Shown one piece after another: positions 1-14,027 of a DNA stretch of 64,000 nt. How positions within the stretch are numbered: position 1 is the first letter of the stretch; each line of letters begins with the position of its first letter. A model generated the notes under the pieces. The model saw only the letters and a program-made list of their open reading frames with translations, did not search any database and was not told the origin of the DNA. The position numbers and the translations under genes are program-made. The DNA is from Octopus sinensis (lineage: Eukaryota): contig NC_043012.1 of the NCBI RefSeq assembly GCF_006345805.1, forward strand, positions 19,468,001 to 19,532,000, given 5' to 3'.

Positions 1-699
1 TGGTGACAGTAATTGATTTTTATTACCATCAGGTGGACTGCGATTGGTTGAGAAATTTCATGTTGTGCCGTGGTTAGATGTTGGTATATGTGTAACTGTT
101 AGTTGGAAAATAACACATGGTAAACATGAAATAGATCACATGGCGGTTAGGAAGTCAGTCAGATTGTTGGGGGGGGGGGTAGGAAGGGGTGGCTTGTGCA
201 AATATATAGTTCTATATGTGGGTGTGCGCATCTGTACATGGGCGCACACTGATATGCATGTGTGCATATATGCAAATATACATATGTACATACGAATGAA
301 TACGCATGTGTATGCGTGTGTCTATGCGTGCACCTGTGCCCGTGTGCGTATGCACGTATAAGCGTGTGTATGTGTGCGTGTGTGTACGGGGGTGCAGACT
401 ATCAGTAAATTCAAATTTCAGAAGAGCGAAAACAATATTAAATTAAATTTCGTCGATTTTTTTCTACATTTTATAAAAAAACGCATTCAAGCAATAAATA
501 TCATTGTCGATTCACTGTCAATGGTAAGTTATTTTTACGTTAAATCCCTATAAAAACTTCGAAAGAAGTGTATTTTGCGTGAAATTTAGTTATCTCTTCA
601 AGCCTAATACGTCAAGTCCTTATTTGATACACAGATATATGATATAACACTATGCTCCTCGGCATAAATTTCTGACGCAGAAAATAAACCTGCACATAT

Positions 700-815
700 T
701 AGTTTCAAATTTTAGCACAAGGTCAGTAATTCCTGAGCAGGGATTAAATCGATTACGTTGAAACCAGAGATCAACTGGCATTTATTTATCGAACCCAAAA
801 GGGTGGAAAACAGAA
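700..815 (-). mobile_element. Degenerate fragment of short SINE family B
   Basis: Diverged similarity to the body of the 43613-43840 and 51625-51832 copies (aactggcatttatttatcgaaccc..aagggtggaaa). Confidence 0.5.
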
Positions 816-1084
816 TCATTATAACCGATTCTGAGAGAAAATTAAGAATACGGAACTATAATGATGTCTATTTAATCTGATTACGAAATTAGAATCGCTA
901 CCCACTACAACAGTCTGTTCTTGCAGAATGATCACATCAAAGTTAAGAGCCTCGACAATGCTATCTCGGTCCACAATAATGGTCATCTTAGCACTCTTTT
1001 TTATTCTTTTACTTGTTTTAGTCATTTCACTGCGGTCATGCTGAAGCACTTCCTTTAGTCTAACAAATCAAAATCAGGTTTTAT

Positions 1085-1248
1085 TTTTTGTAAGCCTTGT
1101 ACTTATCCTGTCGGTCTCTTTTGCCGAACCGCAAATTTATGGGGATGGAAACAGACCAACATCGGTGGTCAAGCGATGGTAGGGAACAAACACAGACGCA
1201 ACTACATCCATCCATCCATACATATATACATATATACATATATACATA

Positions 1249-1283
<35 letters not shown>

Positions 1284-1800
1284 TGTGTGTGTGTGTGTTT
1301 GTGTATAAGCACACACGCACGCACACACACGCGCACACACACATAAACACATATATATATAGAGAGAGGATATTAAAACATTCGGACAGATAGACGATAC
1401 AAAGGTGGACAAGAGAAACATCAATAATAAGGACAGGCAAAAAAAAAAGACGGGTTATTCGTGGTTTTCTTTCCTCAATCAAGTCCCTGAAGTCTCGCCT
1501 ATTTCGTAGCAGGATCAAATCAAAATTAAGTGCTTCGACCATGCTATCTCGGCCCACTTTACAGATCATCTCGGCACTCTTTTCATTCTTGTATTCTTTT
1601 ACTTGTTTCAGTCATTTCGAACTGGTTCCACAAATGGCAGGTTTTTCTCTCAGCTTCTGTCTACCAAATCCACTCAGAAGACTTTGGTGGGCTCGCGGCT
1701 ATAGTAGAAGACACTTGCCATAAATGTCACGCAATGGGTTTGAGCCTGGAACCACTTGGTTGGGAAGCAAGCTTCTTACCACACAGCCACTCCTGCGCCT
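1085..1800 (-). mobile_element. tRNA-derived SINE family A, rearranged (body 1085-1260, head 1590-1800)
   Basis: Matches the copies at 16505, 20725 and 24741. Head ends in accacacagccactcct. Confidence 0.75.
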
Positions 1801-2330
1801 AAATAGCATGCGCATATATTTCTATGAAAATATTTTATTTAATATATAGTCATGTTTTCTATATACTCAACTGGAATGTTTGTTTAATAAAAGAAAACAG
1901 TCTACTTTGTATTCTGTGCTTCTAAATGATACAAAGAACGCAATATCTAAGTGTGCTCTCGGCTGTACCAGAAGTGCAGCTTTTACTAGTGTAGATGTAT
2001 GCGAATGTAGGATAATCTGTCTTATAATTTATCATATGTGATAAGCTACCTACTTCTTGTTTCCTTTTAGCTTGCAGGTTTCTTTCATGCCATAGAAATA
2101 TTTCATTTATTTACTTTGAAATATGTGGCTGATTTGGAAGATAATATGTTAGTTTAATGTCTGCTGTTTCCTTTTTTTTTGGCTTTTTTTATTCTGTTTA
2201 GTAATAGATTTGAATAGAATGCATCCATTCATATGTAGAATTTCCCACATATATACAGACTTGCGAAAACTGAGGCATGCTAACACTGGCACAGACACAA
2301 AAATACATAAACACGTACCCAACACACACA

Positions 2331-2379
<49 letters not shown>

Positions 2380-3270
2380 CACACACACAGATTATGTGAT
2401 TAGAAGCGTTCTGTGAGTATTTTGTTTCTATATATTTTCCTACAGTTTGTTTTATAACTTAAATTAATTATGAAGTACAATCTTCATCTGTATTCAATTG
2501 AGGTTATACGTTATATAAGTTTGGAAACCATTTACCGATAATTAGTAATACAATGCTAAAATGTTTTATCTCTTTTCACTATTTAATATGTTTAAAATAC
2601 AATGAACCTACAAATACTGCAGCAGTAATTTAACCGGTTTAATGCAAAGATCTAAAGCTTTTCAATCGCTGACATATTTCCGATTATATTCAGTTGGTAA
2701 ACATTAGAGCATATGATAAAATATGAAGAGCATGTACAACGAACCATTGTTCTTCTTTTCGACGGTCTCCATTTTTTTGTTTTTTGTTCGTTTGTTTTTT
2801 CATCGTATATAAGACACTCGAGCATACATATAGAGATATAACACACAAATCACTCACTATGTAAATTTCCGCATATATTAAGTTGAGTGTTTCTATCATA
2901 AACACACACACACACAGATGCACACACACACACATATATACAAACACAGTAATGTGTATAGGGGCTCGTTAACACATAGATACGCATGCATTTGTACGCA
3001 TAAACACACACATATATATACATACCGACGCATGTATAAACTTATGCATGTGCACGCATAAACACACATAAATATGTGCATATATATACATACATATATA
3101 TGTATGTATGTATAAATATATATATATATGTATGTGTATATATATTTACTTATGTGTATACGCGAGTGTATTATCACGTGTGTGCGGGCCAAGCTTTGCA
3201 CAGACGTCTGTATCATGGATTACATATGAATCTAGTCATAGATTCATCAATGCTATGTATGCATATTTAC

Positions 3271-3343
<73 letters not shown>

Positions 3344-3368
3344 TGTGTGCTTGCGTATATGAATTCAT

Positions 3369-3425
<57 letters not shown>

Positions 3426-3514
3426 TTATTAGAGACAAAACCACTATTTTGCAAAACAAACAAGGAAAGACTTAATCAATACATAAAATTTTAATAAATA
3501 GTCAAAAAAAACCG

Positions 3515-3557
3515 CCACTACAATTGTTTCTTGTCTTGATCAACAATCTTCAGGTGG
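3515..3557 (-). ncRNA. Type I minimal hammerhead ribozyme in left inverted arm
   Basis: Minus strand reads ccac CUGAAGA uuguu-gaucaa-gacaa GAAAC aauu GUA gugg. Stems I, II and III all pair (one G.U). Confidence 0.8.
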
Positions 3558-4872
3558 ACTTCCAATCTAAAATATCAATATTTTAAAATATAAAAATAAT
3601 AATTTTAAAATAATTAAAGTATGAATGAAAAAATATAAATATATAATCCATACATAACCTATATATAATCCATATATAATCAATATATAAACAATATATG
3701 AACTAAAATAAACCTATCAACAATTAAATATAAAATATAAAATATAAAATATAAAATATAAAACAAAACAAAAAAATAATAATAATATAATAATAAACTA
3801 TATATACACCCATACACATATACCTAATTATATATAACCATATCTAACTACATACACTAAATCACACACCTATATATATATCCCTATACATACACATAAA
3901 AACGTCTAGGCAACTATAAATAAATAAAATAGCTAAATACTTCAACACAATACTTATTCATACTCCCACACACACAAACATACAACCCACATTCACGCTC
4001 TAGAAAACGGACATCACTTAAAATTATGAACGGAGAAATGGAATAAATGAATTAAAAATTATATTCACTTGGTAAAACGAACACTACTTAAAAATTATGA
4101 ATGAAACAATGCAATAAAACAACAGACATCGCAAATAGACACAAATTACTACGAATTCCTTAACAAACCTACCATGATAAACCAAAACTCATAAAAACAT
4201 ATAATGATAAAATCTCCCTTTACTAAACTCTATAACATACCTATATAGCAATCCCCCTAACCTAAACATTCACACACAAATACACACACGTAAACCACAC
4301 ACCCACGACATATACAAATACCCACACCACTTACACATACCTATACATACATATAAACCTCAACATATACTCCAAAAACCCACTCAACCCCACACAGACA
4401 AATAAACACAAAAATTATGAATGGATTCTTTTATAAAACTACCATGATAAGCTAAAACTCACAAAACATAACTGATAAAACCTCCCTTTACTAAACACTA
4501 TAACATACTTATATAGCAATCCCTTTAACCTATACATTCACACACAAATACACACACGTAAACCACACACCCATAACAAATACAAACACCCACCCCACTC
4601 ACACACACCCACAAGTACATATAAGCCTCAACATATACACCAAACAAAATTACTTTACCAAGGAACTTAACATATGTATAAAAAGTATAACCGCTCTGGA
4701 AACGAACATCTTTTAAAATAATGAATGGAGAAATGGAATAAATGGAATTAAAAATAATATTCACGTGGCAAAACGAACACCACTCAAAAATTATGAATGA
4801 AACAATGTAATAAAACAACCAACATCGAAAATAGACAAATTACCACGAATTCCCTAAAAAAAACATGATAAA

Positions 4873-6941
4873 CCAATTAAAATTGTTCCAGATGATATTC
4901 TTTATAATATTAATAAGGCCTCTAAAGTAGTAATGTTAAAATATGAGTTGGATAATAAAACTGAACCTTATGTACCTTTGCACCCCAGAATTACTCTTAA
5001 AGACCATAAAGATAATTTTTATTCAGACCCTAAAGTTAGATTAATTTGCCCATGTAAATCGAACCTAGGTAAATTAAGTAAATTTATTTTAGATAAATAT
5101 ATTGATAAGTTAAATAAACTTAATTATTTAAAATTATGGTTTAGTAATAATAATACATTGAAATGGTTTAATAATATTAAAGATAAAAATCGTTATAAAT
5201 TTATTCAAATAGATATAGATAATTATTATTCTTCTATTAATGAAATTGTGTTTAATAAAGCGCTTATTTTCGCAATGAATAAAGTGGGTATGTCACGGGA
5301 AGAAGTTAATGTAATTAAAATGGCTAGGTAATCCCTAATTAAATATAAAAATAAATTATGGGCTAGGAATGATACTAGAGATTGTTTTGATATACCTATG
5401 GGAGCACCAGATTCTGCACAGGCTACTGATTTAGTAGGTATTTTTCTTTTATCTGAACTCCAATTAGAAAATCTTAAGATGGAGGGTGGTTTATATAGAG
5501 ACGATCTTCTACTAGTTACAAGAATGTACTAATAGGAATCTAGAAGTATATAGAAAAAAACTATATAGTTTCTTTAAAAGATATGGTTTAAGTATTACTA
5601 TATATAAGGAGAATTATAATGTTAATTATTAGATGCTAATTTTAATCTTATTAAAGGTAAAACACAACCATATCATAAACTTAATGAGAACCTATAGATA
5701 TAAATGTTAATAGTAATCACCCATTTTCTATTAAAAAATCGTTGATTAATAATATAAGTAAACGTATTTCATTACTCTCTTATGATATAGAGATTTTTAA
5801 TAAACATGCTAATTATTATAATGAGGCCCTTAGAGGGGCAGGTTATAATAGGATTATTAAATTTTATAATATTAGTGATAAAGATTTAATTGATAATTTT
5901 CGAGATACTTCTAAAAATAATTATAATTTTGTTAGGTTTAGTGGTAAAAATAATAGATATTATAAAAAAAATAATAAAAATGATAAAAATATAAATAAGA
6001 ATAATAATAATAATAATAATAATAAATATAATAATAATAATAATATAAATAAGAATAATAAAAATAAATATAAATTTAATAATTATTATAATAATTATAT
6101 TGATAAAATTAATAATATTAATAATTCCTTAAATGCTGTACATAGATATAATTCTGATAATAATTTTAATAAAATAAGGAATTATAAATATATTTATAAT
6201 AATGATAATAATAATAAGGTTAATAAGAATAAAATTTGGTTAATAGTTCCTTATGGAGATCAAGTAAAAACGAATATTATTAAAGAGATTTTAGATGTTA
6301 TAGAACTATTTATTAGAGATAACGTAAATATAGAAACATTTTCTCTTTTAATAATTTTGGAGTTGGTTACTCTACCACTAATAATGTTGGTAACATTATT
6401 TCTTCATTTAATAAATATAAACTGAATAATTTTATAAAAAGAAATTATTTGATAATAATATTAATAATGATAAGACTTATATTAATTGTACATGTAGAGA
6501 TAAATCTAATTGTATATTAAATAATAATTGTGATATTAACGATGTAGTGTAGTGTAAATGTATAGTTACATTACATGATAATAACTTTAAGAATAATAAT
6601 TACCCAAAAGCGGTTTATATAGGTTCTACTTCCTCAAAAATAAAACTAAGAATCGCACAACATATGATTCTTTTAAAAATAAAAACTTAATCAACTCAAC
6701 CGGACTTAGTAAGTACATTTGGGGTCTTAAATCACTAAATATTAATTATAGTTTAATTTGGGAAATAATTTGTAAAACTAAATCATATACTATAGGAGCT
6801 AATTGTTGTTATTTATGCTCTAATGAGTTTAAAGAAATTTTATTTTATAATTATGATAATTTACTTAATACTGGTGAAGAGCGCAAAATAAAATGCAGAC
6901 ATAAGTTACTTTACCTATATAATAAGTTTCATGATAAATAG
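4873..6941 (+). pseudogene. Degenerate PLE reverse transcriptase + GIY-YIG endonuclease
   Basis: Motifs ITLKDHKDNF..PKVRLICPCKSNLGK, FIQIDIDNYYSSI, FDIPMGAPDSA, GGLYRDD (YRDD 5494-5505), YLDANFNL, SNHP, IWLIVPY, CTCRDKSNCILNNNC (6487-6531), VYIG (6613-6624), LSKYIWGLK, CCYLC..E, CRH. In-frame TAA at 5329 and several frameshifts. Confidence 0.9.
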
Positions 6942-9900
6942 CAATAATAGTTCCCGTTAGGTACTTTAGTTTAGTTTAAATTAGTTTAGATAATATATTT
7001 TTGGTTATGTAGTCTAGGCTTAATTATAATTAGTCTTTATTGATATTTCTTTGTTTTAATGAGTTCATTTTTAATGTATATTAATATAACAGTTTATGGT
7101 ATGTTAAAACTTTAATAATTTATATTAGATTTTTTTATTTTCTTTATTTATATATTTTTTTTTATTTTTTTATTTTTATTTTATTTTATTATGTATTTTT
7201 ATTATGCATTTGTTATATGTATTTTGGGGATATATATATATTATATGTTGATGGGGTTATTTAGTGGTGTTTTTATTGAGTTTTGTATGTATGTGTGAAT
7301 GTTTACGATCCCTTTGTTTTTGTTTTTTATTTGGTATGTTGAATTGACAGATTTTATTTGGGTATTGTCTGTTATAATAAAGTAAACACACCCATAACAA
7401 ATATAAGTGCCCACTTCATTCGCGCGTACCTGGAATTGCATGTGAGCCTCAACATATACACCAAACGGCCACTCCCGCCCCATACGGACAAATAAACACA
7501 TACATCCCCAAAAATGGGTGTAATCCCACTCACACCAATCATATGTATACAATTATACACACTAGAATAATACAAACTAACCCAAATATACAGAACATAC
7601 CAAAAATCACAACTAACCACCTTCACAAATGAAACCCACACCAATACAATGACAAACCTCCCCCCTCCATACCCAATTTACACCCACATAGCAATCCCAA
7701 TATATTCATCCATACATGGACGCACGTGCGTGAAGCACATGCACACAATAAATACGTACAACCCCCCAATACACACTCATATACATACGTATCAAGCTCG
7801 ACATCCACAGCAATACGCTTACACCCACTCACCCAGATGGGTGGGTGAATGCACAACCAGGGAACGCACACACACATGTGTGCGTATTTTGATTGTGCAA
7901 CTCGCCCATATGCATGTATGCGGGTGCGATTACATTGTTGCACATATCGAGCCCAAATAGCATGCATATGTACATGTGAGGGGGTACACGCACATGACGT
8001 GCGCGTGTACCCCCTGCATTTATACCCGTGCGTGAATATACACATGGAGACTACCACACAGGTACAATGTGTATAGTAATGGGAGCCCCATCACTACACT
8101 CAATGTATACTCTCACCCATCCGCACGGATGTGAAAGTGAATCTCCGGTGTATATGTTGAGGCTTATATGTAGCGCTGTGGAGGCGAACGTCGTTGAAAT
8201 TGTGAATGAATGGGTGGAGTTGGGAATTGTAACCGGGTGGTGGACTAGCGTTGCTTGGAATTGTGAATGAATAGTGTAGTAGTAAGGCAGGCATCGAGAA
8301 TAGATTTGGGTTACTGCAAGTTGTTTGTTAGAGCTGCTAAGATGAGCTAAAGCTCATAAATGTATATAATAATTTATCATGGTAGTTTTTTAAAGAATCC
8401 ATTCATAATAATTTTTTTTTTTTTTTTTTAAGTAGTGTTGGTTTGCCACGTGGATATAGTTTTTAGTTCCATTTATTCTATTTCTCCATTCATAATTTTA
8501 AATGACGTTTACTTTCCATGGCGCGTATTCTTTTTTTTACATAAGTTATATTTCTATGGTAACGTAATTTTGGTTTGATTTTTATAACGGCTAAGAATTT
8601 AATTTCACTTCATAATTTGAAACTGACTTGTAAGTATGTATTTTATTTCTCCTTATGTCATATTGCTATTTTTGATATTCTGGTTAATTACGATGTATTT
8701 GATGTTGTTTTTCATAGGAGTGTTTATGTATATGAGATTGTGTGTGAGTTTTTAGTTGTATAATTTATTTATCTGTATGAGTGTGGGTGTGTAAATATTG
8801 TTGTATATATCGAGTTTAGTGAGTATGTATATGCGTATATGTGAGGGAGTATATGTATCTGTTGTGTGTGTGTGTTTTGCGTGTGTGTGTGTGTTGTTGT
8901 GAATGTGTATATGGGTTTGTTATTTAGGTTTTGGGATGTATGTGTTAATTTGTCTGTGTGGGGAGGGAGTGGGTTTTTGGTGTATATTGAGGTTTATAAG
9001 TTAGTATAGGTATGTGTATAAGTCGTGGGTCTGTGGTTTACGTGTGTGTATTTGTGTGTGAATGTTTAGGTTAAGGGGATTGCTATATAGGTTTGTTATA
9101 GAGTTTAGCAAAGGGAGATTTTATCGTTATATGTTTTTAAGAGTTTTGGTTTATCATGGCTTTTTTAGGGAATTCGTGGTAATTTGTCTATTTTCGATGT
9201 TGGTTGTTTTATTACATTGTTTCATTCATAATTTTTGAGTGGTGTTCGTTTTGCCACGTGAATATTATTTTTAATTCCATTTATTCCATTTCTCCATTCA
9301 TTATTTTAAAAGATGTTCGTTTCCAGAGCGGTTATACTTTTTATACATATGTTAAGTTCCTTGGTAAAGTAATTTTGTTGGTGTATATGTTGAGGCTTAT
9401 ATGTACTTGTGGGTGTGTGAGTGGGGTGGGTGGTGTTTTGTATTGTTAGGTGTGGGTTTACGTGTGTGTATTTGTGTGTGAATGTATAGGTTAAAGGGAT
9501 TGCTATATAAGTATGTTATAGTGTTTAGTAAAGGGAGTTTTATCAGTTATGTTTTGTGAGTTTTAGCTTATCATGGTAGTTTTATAAAAGAATCCATTCA
9601 TAATTTTTGTGTTTATTTGTCTGTGTGGGGTTGAGTGGGTTTTTGGAGTATATGTTGAGGTTTATATGTATGTATAGGTATGTGTAAGTGGTGTGGGTAT
9701 TTGTATATGTCGGGTGTGTGGTTTACGTGTGTGTATTTGTGTGTGAATGTTTAGGTTAGGGGGATTGCTATATAGGTATGTTATAGAGTTTAGTAAAGGG
9801 AGATTTTATCATTATATGTTTTTATGAGTTTTGGTTTATCATGGTAGGTTTGTTAAGGAATTCGTAGTAATTTGTGTCTATTTGCGATGTCTGTTGTTTT

Positions 9901-10436
9901 ATTGCATTGTTTCATTCATAATTTTTAAGTAGTGTTCGTTTTACCAAGTGAATATAATTTTAATTCCATTTATCCATTTCTCCGTTCATAATTTTAAGTG
10001 ATGTCCGTTTTCTAGAGCGTGAATGTGGGTTGTATGTTTGTGTGTGTGGGAGTATGAATAAGTATTGTGTTGAAGTATTTAGCTATTTTATTTATTTATA
10101 GTTGCCTAGACGTTTTTATGTGTATGTATAGGAATATATATAGGTGTGTGATTTAGTGTATGTAGTTAGATATGGTTATATATAATTAGGTATATGTGTA
10201 TGGGTATATATATAGTTATTATTATATTATTATTTTTTTGTTTTGTTTTATTTTTATATTTTATATTTTATATTTATGTTGATAGGTTTATTTTAGTTTA
10301 TATATTGTTTATATATGATATATATGGATATATATAGGTTATGTATGGATTATATATTATATTTTTTCATTCATACTTTAATTATTTTAAAATATTATTT
10401 TTATATTTTAAAATATTGATATTTTAGATTGGAAGT

Positions 10437-10482
10437 CCACCTGAAGATTGTCGATCAAGACAAGAAGAAACAATTGTAGTGG
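10437..10482 (+). ncRNA. Type I hammerhead ribozyme in PLE 3' repeat (3-nt GAA insertion before GAAA)
   Basis: ccac CTGAAGA ttgtc-gatcaa-gacaa gaa GAAAC aatt GTA gtgg. Predicted cleavage after 10478. Confidence 0.7.
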
Positions 10483-11375
10483 CGGTTTTTTTGACTATTT
10501 ATTAAAATTTTATGTATTGATTAAGTCTTTCCTTGTTTGTTTTGCAAAATAGTGGTTTTGTCTCAATAATATTTTATAATATTTTACTATAAAAATTGGA
10601 TTTAATCCTAAATCTGATTTTTTCCCAGTAAATTGGATTTATCCCTAATATTATTTTATATATATATATATATATAATTATATATATCTATATATATATA
10701 TAATAATATATATATACATATATTTGTCTATGCGTATGCGTATGCCCGTGTATCTAATTGTATATTTATGGCCATGTTCTTGCATGTGCGAGTGTGAACG
10801 CGTATGTATATGTGCATACATATATATATATATATGTGTGTGTGTGTTGTTTATTTGTGTGCGTGAGTGTGTGTATATGCGTCTAAGAACAAAGAAATAT
10901 ATTTTCGTGTAATTATTATCTTCCTTTCAACTTCCACTTCCTTTTCTTTCACTTAACAACAGCGAAACTCATTACATCGTTTTCTCGAAACTAAAACGTA
11001 TACTTTCCACTTTCATATTTGAATGTTTAGCGTTTCGTTAATCTTTCTCTGATTTTACTCATTCTCGAATTTGATGGACATATAGCATAACATTTTATTG
11101 ATATACCTGAAGAGATCAAGAACGGGTCAAAGTCCAATAAAGTCTATTACACATTCCATCTCCTATTATATTAATACTGTTACACCCAACAGCCACTACA
11201 AAGTTCCCGCAATAAATCTACGTATAACAACAGGTAATCGAAACTGTGCTGGTGCTTTACTCACTATCTATTTATACCTTTTGTACAATTTCCCCCTTGT
11301 ATCTATCCATCTGTCTGTCTGTCTATCTCTCTGTCTATCTGTCTATCTCTGTGTCTATCTAACCATCTATCTATC

Positions 11376-11416
<41 letters not shown>

Positions 11417-13716
11417 ATCTATCTATAATATATATATATATATTATATATATATATACGTAAGTGCATGCGTGCACAAAGATAAATATGTATGCGTATCT
11501 GTACACATCTTTATTTTTATTCTGATTCTTGGCTTATAATTAGTATATAGAGAGTCTGTTTATCTTTTCAGTATCCCATAAGTAAATGCTCAGAGCAGTC
11601 TTTATAGAAACCACCTATTAAGTAAACAAGTAAGTACATGAATGAATATTAAACTTATTCTATGTAATCTTTCCGTTTTAATGTTGAAAATTGATATACA
11701 TACATATTTTACCTATTTTCGTTATGATATCACTTTTGATATCTTAATCTTAAATTTTATCTTTATACAACATAACAATATTGTTTATAGACAATCGGCC
11801 ATAGTATACCATGATAAATTTACCTCTGTATTTACATCCCAGATTTTAATAACGTCTTGCCTGTTTAAATGGTAATTAACATTTTGATTTATGGTCTTCG
11901 CCTACAGAGCCTCCTTTATACCCAATAAACTACTCCTAATATTTTGGCAACATTTATGACCATAACTAGCCATGAGCTGTCAACTAACTCTTGCCCTTCA
12001 TTCCAAGCAGACACAGTCCTCTAGTCTTAGATTTAGTAGTTGATAAAAGACAAATAAATTAGAAATGAACCACACTCCTTTAAAAGCTATGACCCCAGTA
12101 AACTTCATGCTTTTCTTGGAAGAGCAGTGTATTCTTAGCTACAATACCGATAACATGGACTTCTTCCATCTTCTTGCTCTGTTGGAGCATTTGAGTAAAA
12201 TCATATTAATGTGTCCGACTGATTAAAATTCTATTTTTTTGTGCTGCTGGTTGCACTGCATTTGAATTGATGTAATGATTGCACTGCTCAATTAAATGGG
12301 ACCGCTTGAAACAGTCGTACTGCATCACGTCTTAATATTCTGTTGCTTGTTTTGATATATATATATACATACATATATAACAATTACGATGACTGCCCAC
12401 ATGATCATGTTCCATACTTGTTATCCCTTTAACCCTTCTCTTCTTATTATATGCCTTTGACGTCAAATATATATATATAATTAATAAACGTTTTCATAAC
12501 ATCTTTTTGCAATGTAATATTTTTTACGAAAATCACCTTTACACTTCAAAACTATGTCTAATATGTGTGCGTACGCGTGTTTGTGAGTGTGTGTTTCTGC
12601 GTGTCTGTTTTTTATTCCATACATACATGCGAATTAATATGGAGCTGTTTAAATATTTATTATAGGAGTCATTTCAATCTCCATTTATGGGAATTCCCGC
12701 AAGATTAAACAACTCACGATGAGGAATTGTTTTATCGAGATATGTATAATTTTACATATATGCTGCCTGTAGTTCTGTCCGTCTCTGTCTCTATCACTCT
12801 CTCTCTTTCTCTCTACTTCGACAGACACACGCACACACACGCATATACAACTACATATGCGTGTATGTGTACTTGTGTGTGTGAACATGCCAATTTGTTA
12901 GTATATGTTTTAATATGTAGTGCGTTTTTTTTCCATATCTTACAATCTTGTATACGAAATCTTTTGTTCATTTCGATTCTTATCTCGAATATTCTCTTGA
13001 GGCTGCTAATATTGAAGCAATAACAATCAGTGTCTAACGTACAATATACCAAGATGACTCATCGAAAAAGTCAATTAGCGATTAAAGCAGCGGTGGAAAT
13101 TAGATGATTAGTTGTTTCTCAAGGGTGATATGTTGTAAAATGACACTGCATTATTGATATCCTCAGTACATAATTCATACACTGTATACACATAGAAATT
13201 AGGATAGACCTTCGCCATTCCTCCTGGCAGTAATCGAAGGCATGAGCATTTTTATGGCGTGTTTTTATATTTGTGAATAGGTCATAAAAAGAATGTGCTC
13301 CGGAAATTTTAACTGTATGTAGGGAGGCATATTATTTGGTTTCAGATAGGTAGATATCTCTCAGAATATGCTGTACGGAAAGCTTATTTAAATTTACACG
13401 TATACTATTTATTAAGCGTTTTGAATGTTGTGAATTTTAATTATGATTAAACATTCACTAATCAAGATTTACGCAATGTATTTTGTTCAGCAATCTGTTT
13501 CCTTAATACGGGGTAATAATTCAATTCCAATGTATAGATCTTAAGGTATCTATGGTCCTAACTATTGGTGTGTTTGGGAACACACTGGGGCAGAGTTTGG
13601 GTATGTCATACACACACACACACATACATACACACACACACAAACACGCATACATACATATATATATAGTATATATATATTATATATATATGATATATCT
13701 ATATAATATATATATT

Positions 13717-13747
<31 letters not shown>

Positions 13748-14027
13748 GTTGTTATATTTCGGGATGGTAATTTTCGTGGGGAAGTTGCAAATAAACACAC
13801 GCACTATATATTCCTTCTAAACTTCAGCTTTATTTTTGTTTTTATTTTATATCCTTTGTGTAGACATTTCCGGCACACGTCCTGTGGCCTCTTTAGTGTC
13901 TCTCCGTTGCACATGTCTTTTTCTGCTGTTTAATTTATTCTGTCTTTCTAGAGTATAACACAGCATATTCTCACCCTTTTGGCACAATCCAAACGAAAGA
14001 AGAGAATTGTTTATATATAATATTAAT

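Larger units (their letters stand above)
3421..10652 (+). mobile_element. Penelope-like retroelement (Hydra-group-like, C-terminal GIY-YIG), 5'-truncated, with inverted copy of its 3' end
   Basis: 3421-4876 is the reverse complement of ~9146-10574. Between them lie a degenerate RT-EN reading frame (4873-6941) and a long 3' region. An HHR is present in both arms, and both ends abut (TA)n. Confidence 0.9.

Noticed and set aside
5329-5331. In-frame stop in PLE RT as possible recoding (selenocysteine or readthrough)
   Set aside because: It is TAA at a usual Lys position, and the ORF also has frameshifts, so decay explains it.
9060-9770. Telomeric repeat array
   Set aside because: Only isolated TTAGG/TTAGGG words within PLE modules, with no tandem (TTAGGG)n.
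11103-11140. Degenerate HHR-like motifs (also ~1-45, ~13870-13910, ~21268-21310, ~49050-49082)
   Set aside because: Each lacks part of the core (GAAA or CUGANGA) or a stem I.
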